The notes below the pieces were generated by a model, which had not been told where the DNA came from, did not search any database, and saw only the letters and a list, made by a program, of their open reading frames with translations. Of a stretch of 64,000 bases of DNA, positions 1-13,492 are shown in pieces (the stretch's first letter is position 1; every line of letters starts with the position of its first letter). The position numbers and the translations under genes were made by a program. The DNA comes from Calditrichia bacterium (lineage in GTDB: Bacteria; Calditrichota; Calditrichia; JAJRVZ01), in NCBI GenBank assembly GCA_963777955.1, contig CAVZSQ010000013.1, forward strand, positions 160,001 to 224,000, written 5' to 3'.

Positions 1-3000
1 CCAGCGGCGAATTGGTCAAAGTTGCCGTACCGGCCGATTTATTGACTGTAAAATTATAGAACAAGCCATTGGTCGCCACGACATCCAGACTCTGACTCGC
101 GCTGCCGTCAAGAGTAACCGTTCCATTTCTGGCAGTAAATGTACCATCATTATCCCAGGCTCCGCCTACCAGTACGCCGTAATTGGAAGTACTGACATCC
201 AGAGTTGTCCCGCTTGAGATCACCAGATCATTTTGTACCCCCAGATCGGCAGCAAGTGTTTTAGAAGCTGAGTTTGCCAGAGTCAGATTATAGAACCGCC
301 GGCCCGATCCGCTGCCGTCCGTGGACAAAGTACCGCCGGCAGATTCCAGGGTAACTGTGCCCTGTCGCGGTGTAAAATTACCCGTATTGGTCCAGTTTCC
401 ATCCAGACTGATGGCAAAGTTGCTTGCTGAAGCATCAAAATCACCGGCGCTGATAGTCAGGTTCCCGTTCACCGCAATACTGGAAGCCAGAGTAGCCGTG
501 CCGCCACTGGTTTTATTTATTGTTAAATGATAGAAATCTTTTGTTGCCCCCTGTCCATAAGCGTTTATACCCTGGTCCCCGCTGCCGTCGAAAATAATTT
601 CAGATGTATTTTCATTAAGCGTTCCGGCATTGATATAATCTCCGGCTAAATTCAGGACAGCCGTACCGGTCAAAGTTAACGTTGCCCCGCTGCTCACCAG
701 CATTGTTCCGCCCAGATCAAGAGTATCGGCCGTACTGATGGTTAAAGTTGCACCACTGGCGATGGTTACACTATGCGCTACCTGGGTATTGTAAACCGTT
801 GGCATGTTGGGTGCCGTACCCGGTATATTCACATCTTCATTGGCCGTGGGAACCTGGTTACCCTGCCAGTTGCCGGGGGTAATCCAGTTAATACCGGTAA
901 GACCGGTCCAGCTTCTTACTACAAAAGCGTTGGTCCAACTAACAACATTACCCGGATCGCTTTCATATGCTGCCCCGGCAAACACACCGGTGGCCTGATC
1001 AAAAATCAGTGAGTCACTGGTGGCAGTTTTATCTACGTTATAAGCACCACTGCCGGGATCGCTAAGGAAAGCAGCAGCGACAATTGTTATATTTTGATTG
1101 CTGCCGGAAATATCATCTATGTTCAGATATCTTCCACTTGCCGGACCGTTATCAAAGTTGACATTACTGAAATTATCTATGGGGTGCAGAATTGCGCCAT
1201 CGGCCAATTGAATACCATTCGTATCCATATATTCAAAAAGAGCATACTGGGCCTGAATGGTACCGCCGCTCTGAACCATGAACGAATAGCGGTCCGTAGT
1301 ACCGGTTCCATTGAAGCGGGTTATAGTGGCGTTACTGCCTGTAGCGCCGACCACAGCCAGTGTACCGCCCGAGAGTACAACTACATCCGCACCTGCAGGC
1401 TGAAGCGTTGGCGGTATACATCTGCACAGTGGCATTCTCATCAATTTCAAAGGTACCGCCGCTGATCTTGATTGAATCCGTATTGGCGTCTCCGAAGGTC
1501 AGGATATGGCTGTTCAAATTGAGGATACCGCTGATCACATTTAAGTCGTCGTTCACACCCAGATCGCTGGCAAACTGATAAGTCACGCCGCTGCCGGCAT
1601 TAATGGTCAGGAAATTAAAGACATTGGTACCTGCACCTGGCGTATTATTATTGATATTGTAAGGTCCACCGGAAGTCCCGTCAAAAGTAACCGCGGCACT
1701 GGCGCCGGGATAAAATCTGGCTGGTGAAGAGATAGTCCAGTTACCGGCAACATTAATTGCAATATTACTCAGATCATTGCGCAGATCACCGTTAAGCAGG
1801 GTGAAATCATTGGTTACTTTCAAAGCTCCGGTAAAGGTTATATTATTTGTGGCATCGACGCCGGTATTATTCATCACAAAATTTTCAAAAGGTTTACCTG
1901 TTCCTGTTCCACCGGTGGTGATATTCTGATCCACAGTTCCATCAAAAGTAATGCTCCCTCCGCTGCCCGCAGCATAACTGCCATTATTAATCCAGTTATG
2001 TCCGATGGTATGATTGTAACCATCACCGTCAAAAGTAACTCCTGTATTAATAGTTATGTCGTTGTTTATATCCAGGGAGCCACTGGCTGTTTTTGTTCCG
2101 GTACCGGCACAGGTGATATCATAAAAACCACCGGTAAGAGTCTGGTTTACACCGTCAAAAGTAACACCACCGGTAGTGGTGGTAAACGTACCGCTGTTTA
2201 ACCAATCCCCGCCGACCGTCATGGTCGTGGTACTTAAACGACTTAAAGTACCATTAGGGCTGATCACCACATTACCGGCGGCATCCAGCACATCGGTATC
2301 ACCAAAATTGAATATACCGCTGGTTACGTTAAAATTCCCATTGACCGCCACCGTACCGGCACCTTCGACACCTATTTGTCCGTTATTTAATTTATTGATA
2401 GTTAAATTGTAGAAAGCATTAATGCCCCCTTCGCCGGTTACATCCAGGTCGATACTTTCTGTTCCATTGAGTTCCACAGTACCAGTACCCGCAGTAAATG
2501 TACCATCATTATTTAAGTATCTGGCCAGATAGCTAGTATAAGAACTGGCATTCAGTGTGGCTCCGGCATTGAGCCGCAAGGCAAAGTTTACATCTATATC
2601 ACCGGTCAGGGTATAAGTACCGGATTGGATCCAAAGCCGCCAGAATTCTCGTCCCGAACCGCTGCTGCCGTTTATATTGCCGGATGTTCCGACAAAATAT
2701 ACTGTTTGTTCGCCAGGTATTAATGTACCGCCGGTATTGCTGTAACTGCCGTCAATATACATGTCATAACCAAGACTGGCCGATTGATCGAATCCTCCGG
2801 AGATTAGACTAAAATTCCCATGAATATCCATATTAGCCAGCAGGCGCACCATGGCACTCGGTTTATTAATTGTCAGGTTTTGCAGGTCTTTAAACGTGAG
2901 AGTCCGCGTCCCGGGATGAAATTGCTGATCTTCGCTGCCATTTAAAGTTATAGTGGATCCTGCAACAGCATCAAGCTCACCGTACTGATTATCATAATCA

Positions 3001-6000
3001 CCACTCACGTACAGGTTTGAACCCGCAGCCATGGTAATGCGTCCTGCTGAACCACTGGCGCCGAATCTCAAATCACCGGTAACATAAAGAGTTCCAGTGG
3101 CACTAATCGTTAAATTGGCACCTAAACCAAGTGTCAGATCAGCGCAGGTATCGGTAAGACTCACCACGGGATCATTGGCCACGTTGGGGATGTAAACATT
3201 TTCTGTAGCGGCTGGTACCTGGTCTCCCTGCCAGTTGGTGGGTGTATTCCAGGCAGTGCTGGTGACTCCGGTCCATGTTCTGAAAGGCATGGTATTCCGC
3301 CATACCACCATACCGCTGTCCAGCGGTAATGCTTCCGCCGGATCAAGATCATAACCTTCCCCGGCCCAGACACCGTAGGCGCCGTCGAAGAATAACGTAT
3401 CGCTGCCTGCATTGGTTTTATCGACATTATAAGGATTTGTTGCCCTGGGACGGTTCAGAAAACCGATATTGGAAATCGTATAATTCTGATTACCGCTTAA
3501 ATCACCAAAGCGCAGATAACGGGCGCTGCCGGCCGCCAGTCCGCTGGCCAGATCAAACTGGCAATTAGTAAAATTATTAACCGGATCCAGAATAGCACCT
3601 GTCTCCAGGTAAATACCATCGGTACCATCCATGTGCCTGAAGATAGCATCCCGGGCCTGCATCGTACCGCCCGATTTGACATACATGCGCCATTTGCGTA
3701 CGGCACTCTCCCCTTCCCCGATCCTGGTGACGAGCGCTTCATTCCCGTCCGAACCGACTACCTGCAGATGTACCGCCGTTGCGCACCACGACCAGGTCAC
3801 CCTGGCTCAAGGCCTGCGGCCCGTCTATTTTTAAAATGGAATTAGGTCCGACAATAAAGGTTCCATCCACGACCAGTGAATCAAAATCGACAGTTTCGGG
3901 TGTACCATAGTTTAAAGTCTGTGAATTCAGGTCAAGGGTACCGGACAATAAATAAATATCGCCGTCAATATTTGTTTCGGTATCGCTGTTATTTTCGATA
4001 TTATAAACTACACTCGAACCGGCATTGATGGTCATGTCCACAAATTGATTGGCCTGGTTTCCATCATCGATTACGTAGGGTCCGCCGGTCTGAGCGTCAA
4101 AGGTAACCATTCCGGTTCCCGGCGTCATCGATCCGTTGGCGGCAATGATCATGCTGCCGCCGACATTAAGGTTCCGGTTATTCAGATTAAATGCACCCTG
4201 GGTGATATAGAAATGGTGATTGATATCCAGATTAACCCCGGCAGCAACCGTAACGGTATTCGCTGCGGCCCCCTTATTCAGGGTGACATTATAAAATGAA
4301 CTGCTGCCATTGTTGATGGTAGCCGCAGTGGTACCATCAAAGGTAACTGTACCACCGGTACCCGGATTGAAAGTACCGGAGTTAGTCCAACTGACTGCAA
4401 CATTGATATCCTGTTCATTGGCTACCAGGGTTGCACCTGCACCAATGGTAAGAGTCTGATTTACATCAAGAGAAGTAATCAAAGTATATGTGGCTCCGCC
4501 GGTAAAAGAAACAGTTTCCAATACATTAGTTGTAGGTTCGGAAACACTGTATGAACCGGAGGCAGCATCGAAAATAAGTTGCGAACCGGTAGTGGCCGAT
4601 AATACGCCGGAATTAGTCCAGCCGCCGGCGATATTTACTGTATTGCCGGCAATATTAAGCGTACCGGCACTGCCGATAGTGACACCGCCGCCACCAACAT
4701 CGAGATTTTCACCGCTCAGTACAAAACCACCGCTGTTGACATTTATACTATTGGTAACATTGATTAAACTGGCGGTAGCATTAATTACATTGCCGCTGGC
4801 TTTGTTCACGGCCAGGTTATAGAAATTATTCGGTGTGAAATCGACGGTCTGGTCGGTGGTTCCGTTAAATGTAACCGTACCCTGCTGTGGTGTGAAGGTT
4901 CCATCATTTGTCCAGTTACCGGCAACCTGAATATTATAATTACTCGTACTGGCATCCAGCGTGGTTCCCGCATTTTGTATGGTCAGTGCATTATCAACTT
5001 TCAGATCACTGCCCAGAGTATGTGTTGTCCCGGCAAAAACGACATCGTAAAACGACCGCCCTGCAGCGGTACCACCGCCCGTAATCGTACCGGTACCGTC
5101 GAAAGTGACCGTGTTACCCTGTGGGGTATACGTTCCTGAATTGGACCAGTTATTGGCTACCGTGATGGCATTGGTACTGGCACCGGCATTTAAAGTACCC
5201 GCAGTGATGGTCAATGTATTATTGACATCCAGATTGCCGGAGAGAGTTGCTGTTCCACTTGGTTTATTAACTGTGAAATTATAGAACTGTTTCCCGGCAG
5301 CGGTACCACCTGTAGTAATGGTCTGCGTCAAGGTACTGTCAAAAGTTATGGTCGAGGAATTAACGGTCAGAGTACCGTTGGTATTATTAAAATTCCCACC
5401 CACCTGCAGATTACTGGTACCGCTCAGAATAAGAGTACCGTCATTTGTAAAATTTTCTTTGATATCAAGAGTCAGACCGGTATTGATGAGTAACTGATGC
5501 ACCGCTTTCAATGGTGACATCCCGTACAGCAACACTATTGCTTATTACCGGTAAGTTGCTTACTGCCGGAATAACGGTTAGATAGGTTTCATTCGGGACA
5601 GTACAGCGGATTCCAGTTGTCTGCCAGTCTCCCAGTCAGTATCCACAGTTCCGGTCCAGGTGAGGGTGGCCCTGGTACCTACCCATTCAACCAAGATTAT
5701 CACCGGTACCGCCGTCAAAATCTTCACCGGCAAATGAACCGTCGGCTCCGATAAATCGAAGGTATCATTGGTTGCCGCCTATTTTAAATACATTGGAACC
5801 AGCCTAATCCTCCTGATACCAACACATCGGCAAAGGTTACCGAATCGATTTGAAAGGCCTGCGGACCACCGCTTATATTCGCTACGGTAATATATCGCCT
5901 GCCGGAAAAGTACCGTTACTAAAACCGGGAGAAATCGAAATTATCGGTGGCATGCAGGGTCGCTCCGGCTATCAGATTAACACCGGCGGTATTACCATAA

Positions 6001-7212
6001 CTGAAATCACCGTATTTAGCCCGTATAGTACCGGCCACATTAAATACATATGTTCCTGAACCTCCCTGTCTGGTAATGGCAGCCCGGTTGGTACGGCTGC
6101 TGCCCAGAATTTCGATAGTGCCTCCCGATAAGACATCGATGATACCCCCCGTAGCGGCAGCATACATATTCAGGGTCGCTCCGGCGTTGATCCGGAAAGT
6201 CCCACCCGATCTGACGGTCAGCGAATCGGTGGCTGCATCACCAAGGGTCAGGGTTGCCGGACTGCTGAATTCGGCCGTTCCATTCTGAACAACAAAATCT
6301 TCGGTCAGCACGACCGGCCGTTCGAAGGTTACTGTTCCCGAACTTTTATTGACAACAATATCGACCACCGTTTCACCGGTTGTGTTCGAGCCGCCCCAGG
6401 TTTGTGACCCGCTGCCGTTAAGGAATATTTTAGAACTGGTGCCCGGCGTAATGGCATGAGTATCGGTATCGTTTATATTGACCTGCCCGTCAAATTCAAC
6501 TTCGACATTGGCCGCACTTATATTCAATCCCTCTCCAGCCTGGGCCAGCGTAAGATCACCGGTTACCCGTAAATCCGCACCCGTCCCCGCGGTGACTTCA
6601 TTGACTACGAATTCACCGTCATTGATGGCCAGGTTACCGCTGATCAGGATATGCGTACCACCGGCGCCGGCAGTATTGGAAAGGGCATTATCGGTCGATG
6701 TTTTATTTAAAGAGACATTATAGAATGTGTCCGCTTGTGCTGTGGTATTATTATCAATAGTGGCATCGGTCGCACCGCTGAAAACCACAGTCGAAGAATT
6801 CTCCACAAAGGTACCGCTGTTGCTCCAGTTGCCCTGGATATAGAGCATGGCTGTTCCGGCCAGTTCAAACCGGTCAGCCGAATTAATCGTGACTGCACCG
6901 TTAACATTAAGTGTATTACCGCTCTGCACGATTAAAGTATCGGCATTCCCGCCGCCCCCCAGAATAAGGCTGGCGCAATTACCAGTGTTGTTCAGCACTA
7001 CCCGCGCTCCGGTATTGATAGTTACATCATTGCTGGTGGTGGGTTCGGCATCGCCACTCCAGTTCGTCGGCGTGGTCCACAAATTATCACCCGCCGCCGC
7101 CATCCCAGCTAATCGCCTGGGCGAAACTATTACTGAATCCTAGCAATGAAAAAACAAGTATTAGGAACAGTAAATGCACGGATTTTTTTCTAAATGAAGT
7201 AACTGTATTCAT
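1..7212 (-). CDS. Giant secreted repetitive beta-helix/adhesin-like surface protein (>2400 aa, runs off the window edge; frameshifted in this sequence)
   Basis: ATG at 7212 preceded by GGAG gives signal peptide MNTVTSFRKKSVHLLFLILVFSLLGFSNSFA|QAISWDGGGG. It joins ORFs 5919-7103, 3739-5535, 1332-3800 and an open frame from ~1390 to the edge, through frameshifts near 7091, 5500-5930 (several), ~3760-3830 and ~1400. G/T/N-rich, with recurring GNWTNSGTF..GTVTFDG and FYNLTINK motifs and four W-x-G...W...NW...P module starts. Confidence 0.8.
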
Positions 7213-7467
7213 GGAGTTTACTCCTCTATAATTTTCAAATTGAAAATCTTTTAATTTTATTGATTTATTTTAAAAAGATATACCTCTGCCTTTCAATTTT
7301 GATACAATCAAAAATTGATCATAACATCATACCTGTGACAGAAATACAAAAAATAACAGAATTAATCCATTGATTACAATAAACTTAATAATCATTTGAT
7401 AGTTTTGCAAACATTCTTTTCTATGTGTGAGATATTTACAAAAGAAACAAATCTGACTTCTAAAAAT

Positions 7468-7494
7468 AAAAAAGTCAGGTTTTACCCTGACTTT
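7468..7494 (-). terminator. Rho-independent terminator downstream of the CTD-bearing repeat protein
   Basis: Minus strand reads AAAGTCAGG-GTAAAA-CCTGACTTT followed by more Ts, about 85 nt after the stop at 7578. Confidence 0.7.
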
Positions 7495-7577
7495 AAAATA
7501 AAAACATTATCGGCTGGTCGCGGTGATATTTGTCAAATTAGCATATATTTAATGATAATTTCCAGATCCTATCCAGG

Positions 7578-10500
7578 TTACCTGACTAAAACCATCTTCT
7601 GAGTTTTAGTAAATGTCTGTTTTCCATCACTGGATTTCATACTGATATTGTAAAAATAAAGTCCGCTGCTCACCGGCAGGCCGTTTCTATTCTGGCCGTT
7701 CCATTCAATGGCATAGTTGCCTGATTTCTGAGTTGCATTTACCAGCGTAAGTATTTCCTGCCCCAGGATGTTAAAAATTTTCAATTGCACGGTGGAATTA
7801 ACCGGCAGAGTGTAACGTATCGTGGTGGCGGGATTGAAAGGATTGGGATAATTCTGCGCCAGATCATAATGAAGGGTCGTGGTCACTTCCACCAGAACAA
7901 CCTGGTGATATGTTGTCAATCCGTTGTATGACACATCAGCCAGACGGTAGGCGTATATTTGCCCGCTCTGTACCAGCGAATCAACCAGCATATAATCGGT
8001 CCGCTGCGAAGTGCTGCCCTGGCCGTTCAGTTGATTTAAACTGCTGAAAGCCATACTGGTATTGGTAACTTTCAGTGTGCCCTTGTTTATCTGTTCAAAC
8101 TCGTCTCTGGTTATTTCTTTTCTTTCAATAATCCAATAGGCATTTTCAATTTCACTCTGGGTAGTCCATTTTAACACCACCCGCCCGTTATTATTTTCCG
8201 CGGTGAATGCGGTCAAACGCACTGGTAGTGATAAATCATAACCGACCACTCCGGTTTCAACGCTGGTGTAAGCAGCATAGGTAAGAGGTGTGATGTATGA
8301 AGCATTTCGTAAACCGGCTGTTTCATCGATCACTACTGTTACATTGGTATTATTACCGATGGTAACACTGGTCGGTACGGTAATGATCAGGGTATCCGGA
8401 TTGGTCAGCGTACCTGTTCTTAAGACCAGGGCATTGGCAGCCGTGGAATTGACGGTAACTTTCGAAGTAGTCGGAACTCCCTGGGTAAAAGTGGCATTAT
8501 CCGGAATTAACAGGGTGATGGTGCTGACACCGGAAACCAGGCGTCCGCGTGATCCGGTGGTGAAAGTCCATTGATACAAGACCAATAGAATTTGCAGTCA
8601 GTGGTGCGATTGTTACAGTAAGATTGGATATTACCGTTGTGGTCGGTTGCAAAGTATAAACAGCCGATGTTCCATCCAGAGGCTGGCTGCTGGTGCGTAC
8701 ATCCAGAGTATAACTGCCATAGATAGATGGATTCTCGATACCGGCCCCGATCAGGAAACGAACCCGCACATAATCATTTATAGCGATTGCGTTGGGAACG
8801 GTTATTCTTACTGCCCGGGTCGAAGAATTAGGCAATACCGCAGTGCCATTGGTCCAGTTCGTCGGATTTGCTGTTGCACCGTTGGCTACCTGTACATTAC
8901 TTACCGCCATTGTTGGAGGAATATACGTATTGAATGGGAAAGTGATAGTAATCGTTCCCGTGGCTGCAACCAGAGCAACCTGTACCCGAAAATTAACAGT
9001 ATCGGCCGAGACAGCATTGACGATATTAGGTGACAAGTTTACAGTAATATTGGTCACCGCCGCAACATTGGTAATTACATAGGTGTTGGATGTGATATTA
9101 GTTGTCTCAACACTGGTCCTGACCTGTAGTGTGTAATTTCCATTGCTGGCCGGATTGGTAATCGGTTTGGGAGTACCGCTGCGGTTTAAAATGACCGATA
9201 CATTATCATTATTATCAACGGATACCGCGGCCGGAACGGTGAAGGTCAGGGCCTGGCCGCTGATGGAAATATTTGCTGTCGGTATTAATGTAGATACACC
9301 ATCGACCACAATATAAGAACTGTCATAGTTTGCCGCCGTGGCACTTATCGTGGTGCTGCTGTTAAAAGTAATGGTGATAGTACTGATACCGGCACGCAGG
9401 CGTCCGTTGGTTCCGGCATTGAAATTGATCGTATACCCTGATGTAACCGCAGGATTGGGATTAGCCGGTGTTACATCCGCAGCCGAAACGGTACTGGTGG
9501 TTTGAACAATATAATAATCAGGTGAAGTAAATGGACCCGCTTCACTTTGGGTATATAATTGAAGAGTATATGCCTGCACGGCAGTAGGATTCAAAATACC
9601 GGCAGTCTGATTGATAAGAATGGTTACATTAGCCAGATTATTAATTGCCACCGGTGTGTTTATAGTCAGTGTGTTTCCTGCTACAGTCGGACTGGTGGTC
9701 GGATTGGTTCCATTCACCGTTAGATCGGTGCGGCTAAAGGTTGCAGGGAATAAACGTATTTATCGGAAAAATAATAGAGATTGAATGTCCGATTGATAAC
9801 GCACCCGCTGATCCGGTTAGAAATCTGATCGAATAACTGGCGCTGGCATTCTGGGTTGCAGGTGTCGGAGTAACAGAAGTAATTGATAAATTCTGTGCTG
9901 CAGTCAGAGTATAATTACCGGTGACATTGGCGGTATCCGAAGACGTCTTTACTCCGATAGTATAAGTTTGAGCAGTGGCTCCGTTATTAAGATGGGCACT
10001 GGTATCAAACGCCACGCTGACAGCAGTGCTATTACCAACAGTAAGTCCGTTTGGCATCGAAATCCTTACTACCCCCCCAGACCCGCTGGTCAGTACATTA
10101 ACGGTACCACTGACAATGGAATTTACTTTCACCGCACCTGCAGTGATAGATGCCGGAATTGTAGTTCCTGTATCAAAATCAAGAGTAATGGTACTGGAAC
10201 CGGCCGGCGTACCCCCGCTGATTTTACCGGTGGCAGAAGTAGTGAAATTAACCGTATATGCCGCGTGCTGATAATTGATCACTGCCGGGTTTGCTGTCGC
10301 CGAGACACCGGAGGCCTGTGTGTTGGCTCCGGTAATTGAATAGGCACTGGATGTCACCAGGGCAATATCCTGGCTGGTATTCATGATTACTTTATAATAA
10401 GTAGTACTGGGCACCGGCGGATTGACGACATTGGCCGTACTGGCTATAATCATACTGAAAGTACCGGCATTGATATTACCGGTTACTACCGCGGTCACCA

Positions 10501-12467
10501 TCCGCGATTCCTGATTAACCGTCACCGAGTAAGCAACCGAACCGGCGATTACCACATCAGCTGTGGAAATGGTGGCCGGCAGTACTGTACCAATCGGGAA
10601 GGTCACACGAATATTATCACTGCGATTGTTGCGCAGCTGGTTCTGCGTGGTAATATTGAAAGTATATTGTGCAGCTGTATTTACATTAGAAGTGGAGAGC
10701 GTGACTGAATTGATAACAATGGCTGCTCCACCGATTGAGTATGTTTCCGAATTAACTTTGGTGGCTTCGACGCTGGTCTGTACACCAAGTACATAATTTC
10801 CGGATGAATTGGGATTGGTGATAGGATCGGTAGTCGTGCCGGCCAGAATTACACTTATGGCATTACCATTACTTGTTATCACGGAAGATGGAACAGTTAT
10901 TACCACCGTTTTAGTTGTATTATTAGGAGAAATATTTGCTGTAGGAATACTTACGTAACTCCCGCTACCCACTGCAATTTGCGAATTATTATAATTACTC
11001 ATGGTGGTACTGATCGTATAAGCATTATCAAAGGTGAAGGTAATCGTACTTTCACCGCCGAGTAATCTACCCAACCGGCCCAAATTAAAATTAACGGTAT
11101 AGTTGGTAACTATTGCCGGATTACGATTAGCCATGTTCACTATAGCTTTTGATACTGTAGAAGTTGTATTGAACACGGAGAATGGATTCGATTCCACCGC
11201 AGATGTATCCTGTGATGTTTTTAACCGTATTTTATAATTACCGGCAATGGATGGATTCTGGTAACCCGCTGACGTTCCGAAAGACAGCGTAACATTCGCG
11301 GAATTACTGATATTGATAGGTGTAATGATCATTACCGTATCTTCATCAGCCGTGCTGGTTTTAAACACCTGCACCGATGAGGCATTATCACTATACCCCC
11401 CGCTGGTTACCGATACGGCCGAGGCGGACATATTAGCCGGTAAATAAGTATTCTGGGAAAACATTACAAACAATGTGTCACTGTTGGCGGTTAGCGCACC
11501 AGTGGAACTGGTCCTGAAATCAAATTTAAATTCCCCGCTCTGGTTAACTGTATCCGGACGGGTGGTGATAGCTGAGATGGATAATTGTCCGGCCGGGGAG
11601 ATATTATAGGCATCGGAGGTAACCCAGGTAATTTCAGAACTGGTTCGTATGCTAAGTGTATAACTTCCGGCGGTGCCCGGATTCTGTATTCCGGATCCTA
11701 AGGCAAAGGTCACCTGCACAGATCCGTTATTATCTATGTTGACGGGCGTAGTGACAGTAATTGTATCCTGGTTAGCTGAAGCGGTTGCCGAAGTACCATT
11801 GACCTGAACTCCGGATAATGCGCCGGTCGGAATAGTTGTTGCCGTTGGAAATGCAATGACAATGGTACCTTCGTTAGCTGTTAATGATCCGCTCGATCCC
11901 ACATAAAAACCGAGAGTATAAGATGCAGCTTCTGTCGCCAGCGAAGGATTGGGTGTCACGGCAGCCGGTGTTACGGTTGAAGTGGCAGTTGTAATGAGAT
12001 AAGTCGCCGAGGTAACCAGAGGAATGTCCTGATTCTTGCTGGTTGCCATCTGCAGGGTATAGTTGCCGGCCGTAGGCTGGATTTTTAATCTTGGCCGCAG
12101 CATCAATCACTACCGTAAAGGGACCGCCATTCTTGGCGATATTAACCGGAGTCAGAATAGCCACACGCTGGCCGGAAATACTCACCACGCTCACAGTTGT
12201 GTTATTGACCGTTACCAATGACGCTGCAAAATTATTGGGTACGGTTGTACTGGCATTAAAAACAACGATAATACTATCCACGTTGGCATCCAGATTGGTA
12301 TCGCCATTACCGGTTGAGGAGGAAATAGTATATTTTGCCCAGGTGTTGGTCTGGTTCGGCGTTACCGTCACCGTCGGTTGACTGATATTAGCCAGTACCG
12401 GAGTACCTGTTGCTATGAGCAGAACTATTAAACAAAATCTGATCATAATGGTATCAATAAATTTCAA
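7578..12467 (-). CDS. Large secreted Thr/Ser-rich protein (~1630 aa) with about 10 tandem Ig-like/S-layer-like repeats and a C-terminal T9SS-type (FlgD-Ig-like) sorting domain; frameshifted
   Basis: ORFs 11874-12467, 9734-12106, 8497-9717 and 7578-8585 join through single-base insertions near 12075, 9748 and 8580. Signal peptide ...LLIATGTPVLA. Repeats end in I.NP...G.YTL.V.TS.E. C-terminus has LPVRLTAFTA...W.T.SE.EN and LAQNYPNPFNPATTIRY...SGLYFY...KMVLVR. Start could be TTG 12467 or ATG 12446. Confidence 0.8.
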
Positions 12468-12763
12468 AATATAATTTCCCCCATATTTTATTTCTAACTT
12501 CCAGATCCATAAATCTTTAAGTCCATTTAATATTAACTATTTAAGTATCGTATGTAAATTCTTTAATATAAGTATATTTTATAACTCCGGTCAATTTCTT
12601 TTTAATCCTTTTTCTATAAATAAAGTATATAATTTTACTCAAGTTAACAAAATATTAAGTTGCCTATACATTTGATTGACCTGCTTTACGCTTATATAGA
12701 CTTAAAGCAAGTTAATAATAATATTTACTTGAAATTGTGATCCCGGTCAAAATCAGGGTAAAA

Positions 12764-13471
12764 CTATACATTATGTAAATCTAAATGTTTGGCTAAATCT
12801 GTTAAACTTCCTGTATAATCCACTTCTGCACAATGGATATTCTGCGTCTGATCGGACAGGTAAAAAGATTTAATCCCGGCCTGTTTAGAGGCCATATCAG
12901 TATGCAACTCATTTCCAACCATCAGGCATTGTTCCGGTTGTATATGCAGTATTTTCAGTATCTCTTCAAAATATGACCGGGAAGGTTTACAGGCATGCAT
13001 GTTTTCAATGTGCGTAATTAACTCAAAGGGGAGGTCGTTCAGATCAGCCCATTGCAGTCGCTGCCGGATTGCCACCAGTGGAAATACCGGTTGGGTGGCC
13101 AGTACCAATTTATATTTTTTGGCCACTGCTGCCTCAAGTACTGCCCGGGCAGCCGTTACAGATTTGGTCAAACCAATTAATGTTCCAAAGTCGGTCTGAT
13201 AAAAATTCAGAAAACGCTGCCATACCAGGGCTTCAGGCAATCCTGACCGGGCCGAAAAAAATTCCAGAAAAATTTCTGAGTTGAGACGTTCACCATTATT
13301 TCGCAGCATTAAATCGGTTCCCTGCAAAATCCAGGCAGGGATATGCTGTGGTTCGCGCACATCGGCAAAATGATTTTTGATCATACTTAAATACTGATCG
13401 ATAAATTCATTCATATTAAAATGAAGCAGAGTCCCATCCAGGTCAAAGAGTAAATAGTTGATTTCAGTCAT
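12764..13471 (-). CDS. HAD-superfamily hydrolase
   Basis: Motif I FDLDGTLL, motif III K (CKPS), motif IV-like MVGNE..TD. Confidence 0.85.
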   Translation of the reverse strand: MTEINYLLFDLDGTLLHFNMNEFIDQYLSMIKNHFADVREPQHIPAWILQGTDLMLRNNGERLNSEIFLEFFSARSGLPEALVWQRFLNFYQTDFGTLIGLTKSVTAARAVLEAAVAKKYKLVLATQPVFPLVAIRQRLQWADLNDLPFELITHIENMHACKPSRSYFEEILKILHIQPEQCLMVGNELHTDMASKQAGIKSFYLSDQTQNIHCAEVDYTGSLTDLAKHLDLHNV

Positions 13472-13492
13472 AGTTTTATTTAAAATTTAAAT

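Noticed and set aside
7085..7092. In-frame TGA after WDGGGG suggesting stop-codon readthrough or an alternative genetic code
   Set aside because: TGA is followed at once by TAA, and the protein continues in another frame. TGA, TAA and TAG all serve as normal stops elsewhere, and the tRNA-Trp has a standard CCA anticodon.
12468..12763. Long AT-rich intergenic regions (also 7213-7467 and 18065-18251) as possible riboswitches or sRNAs
   Set aside because: No recognisable aptamer consensus or stable structure by eye; probably promoter regions. An Rfam scan would be needed to exclude them.
12753..12764. 12-nt match TCAGGGTAAAAC to the reverse complement of the 7471-7494 terminator, hinting at an invertible segment
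   Set aside because: Short match in AT-rich DNA, one copy explained by the terminator, and no recombinase nearby; likely chance.
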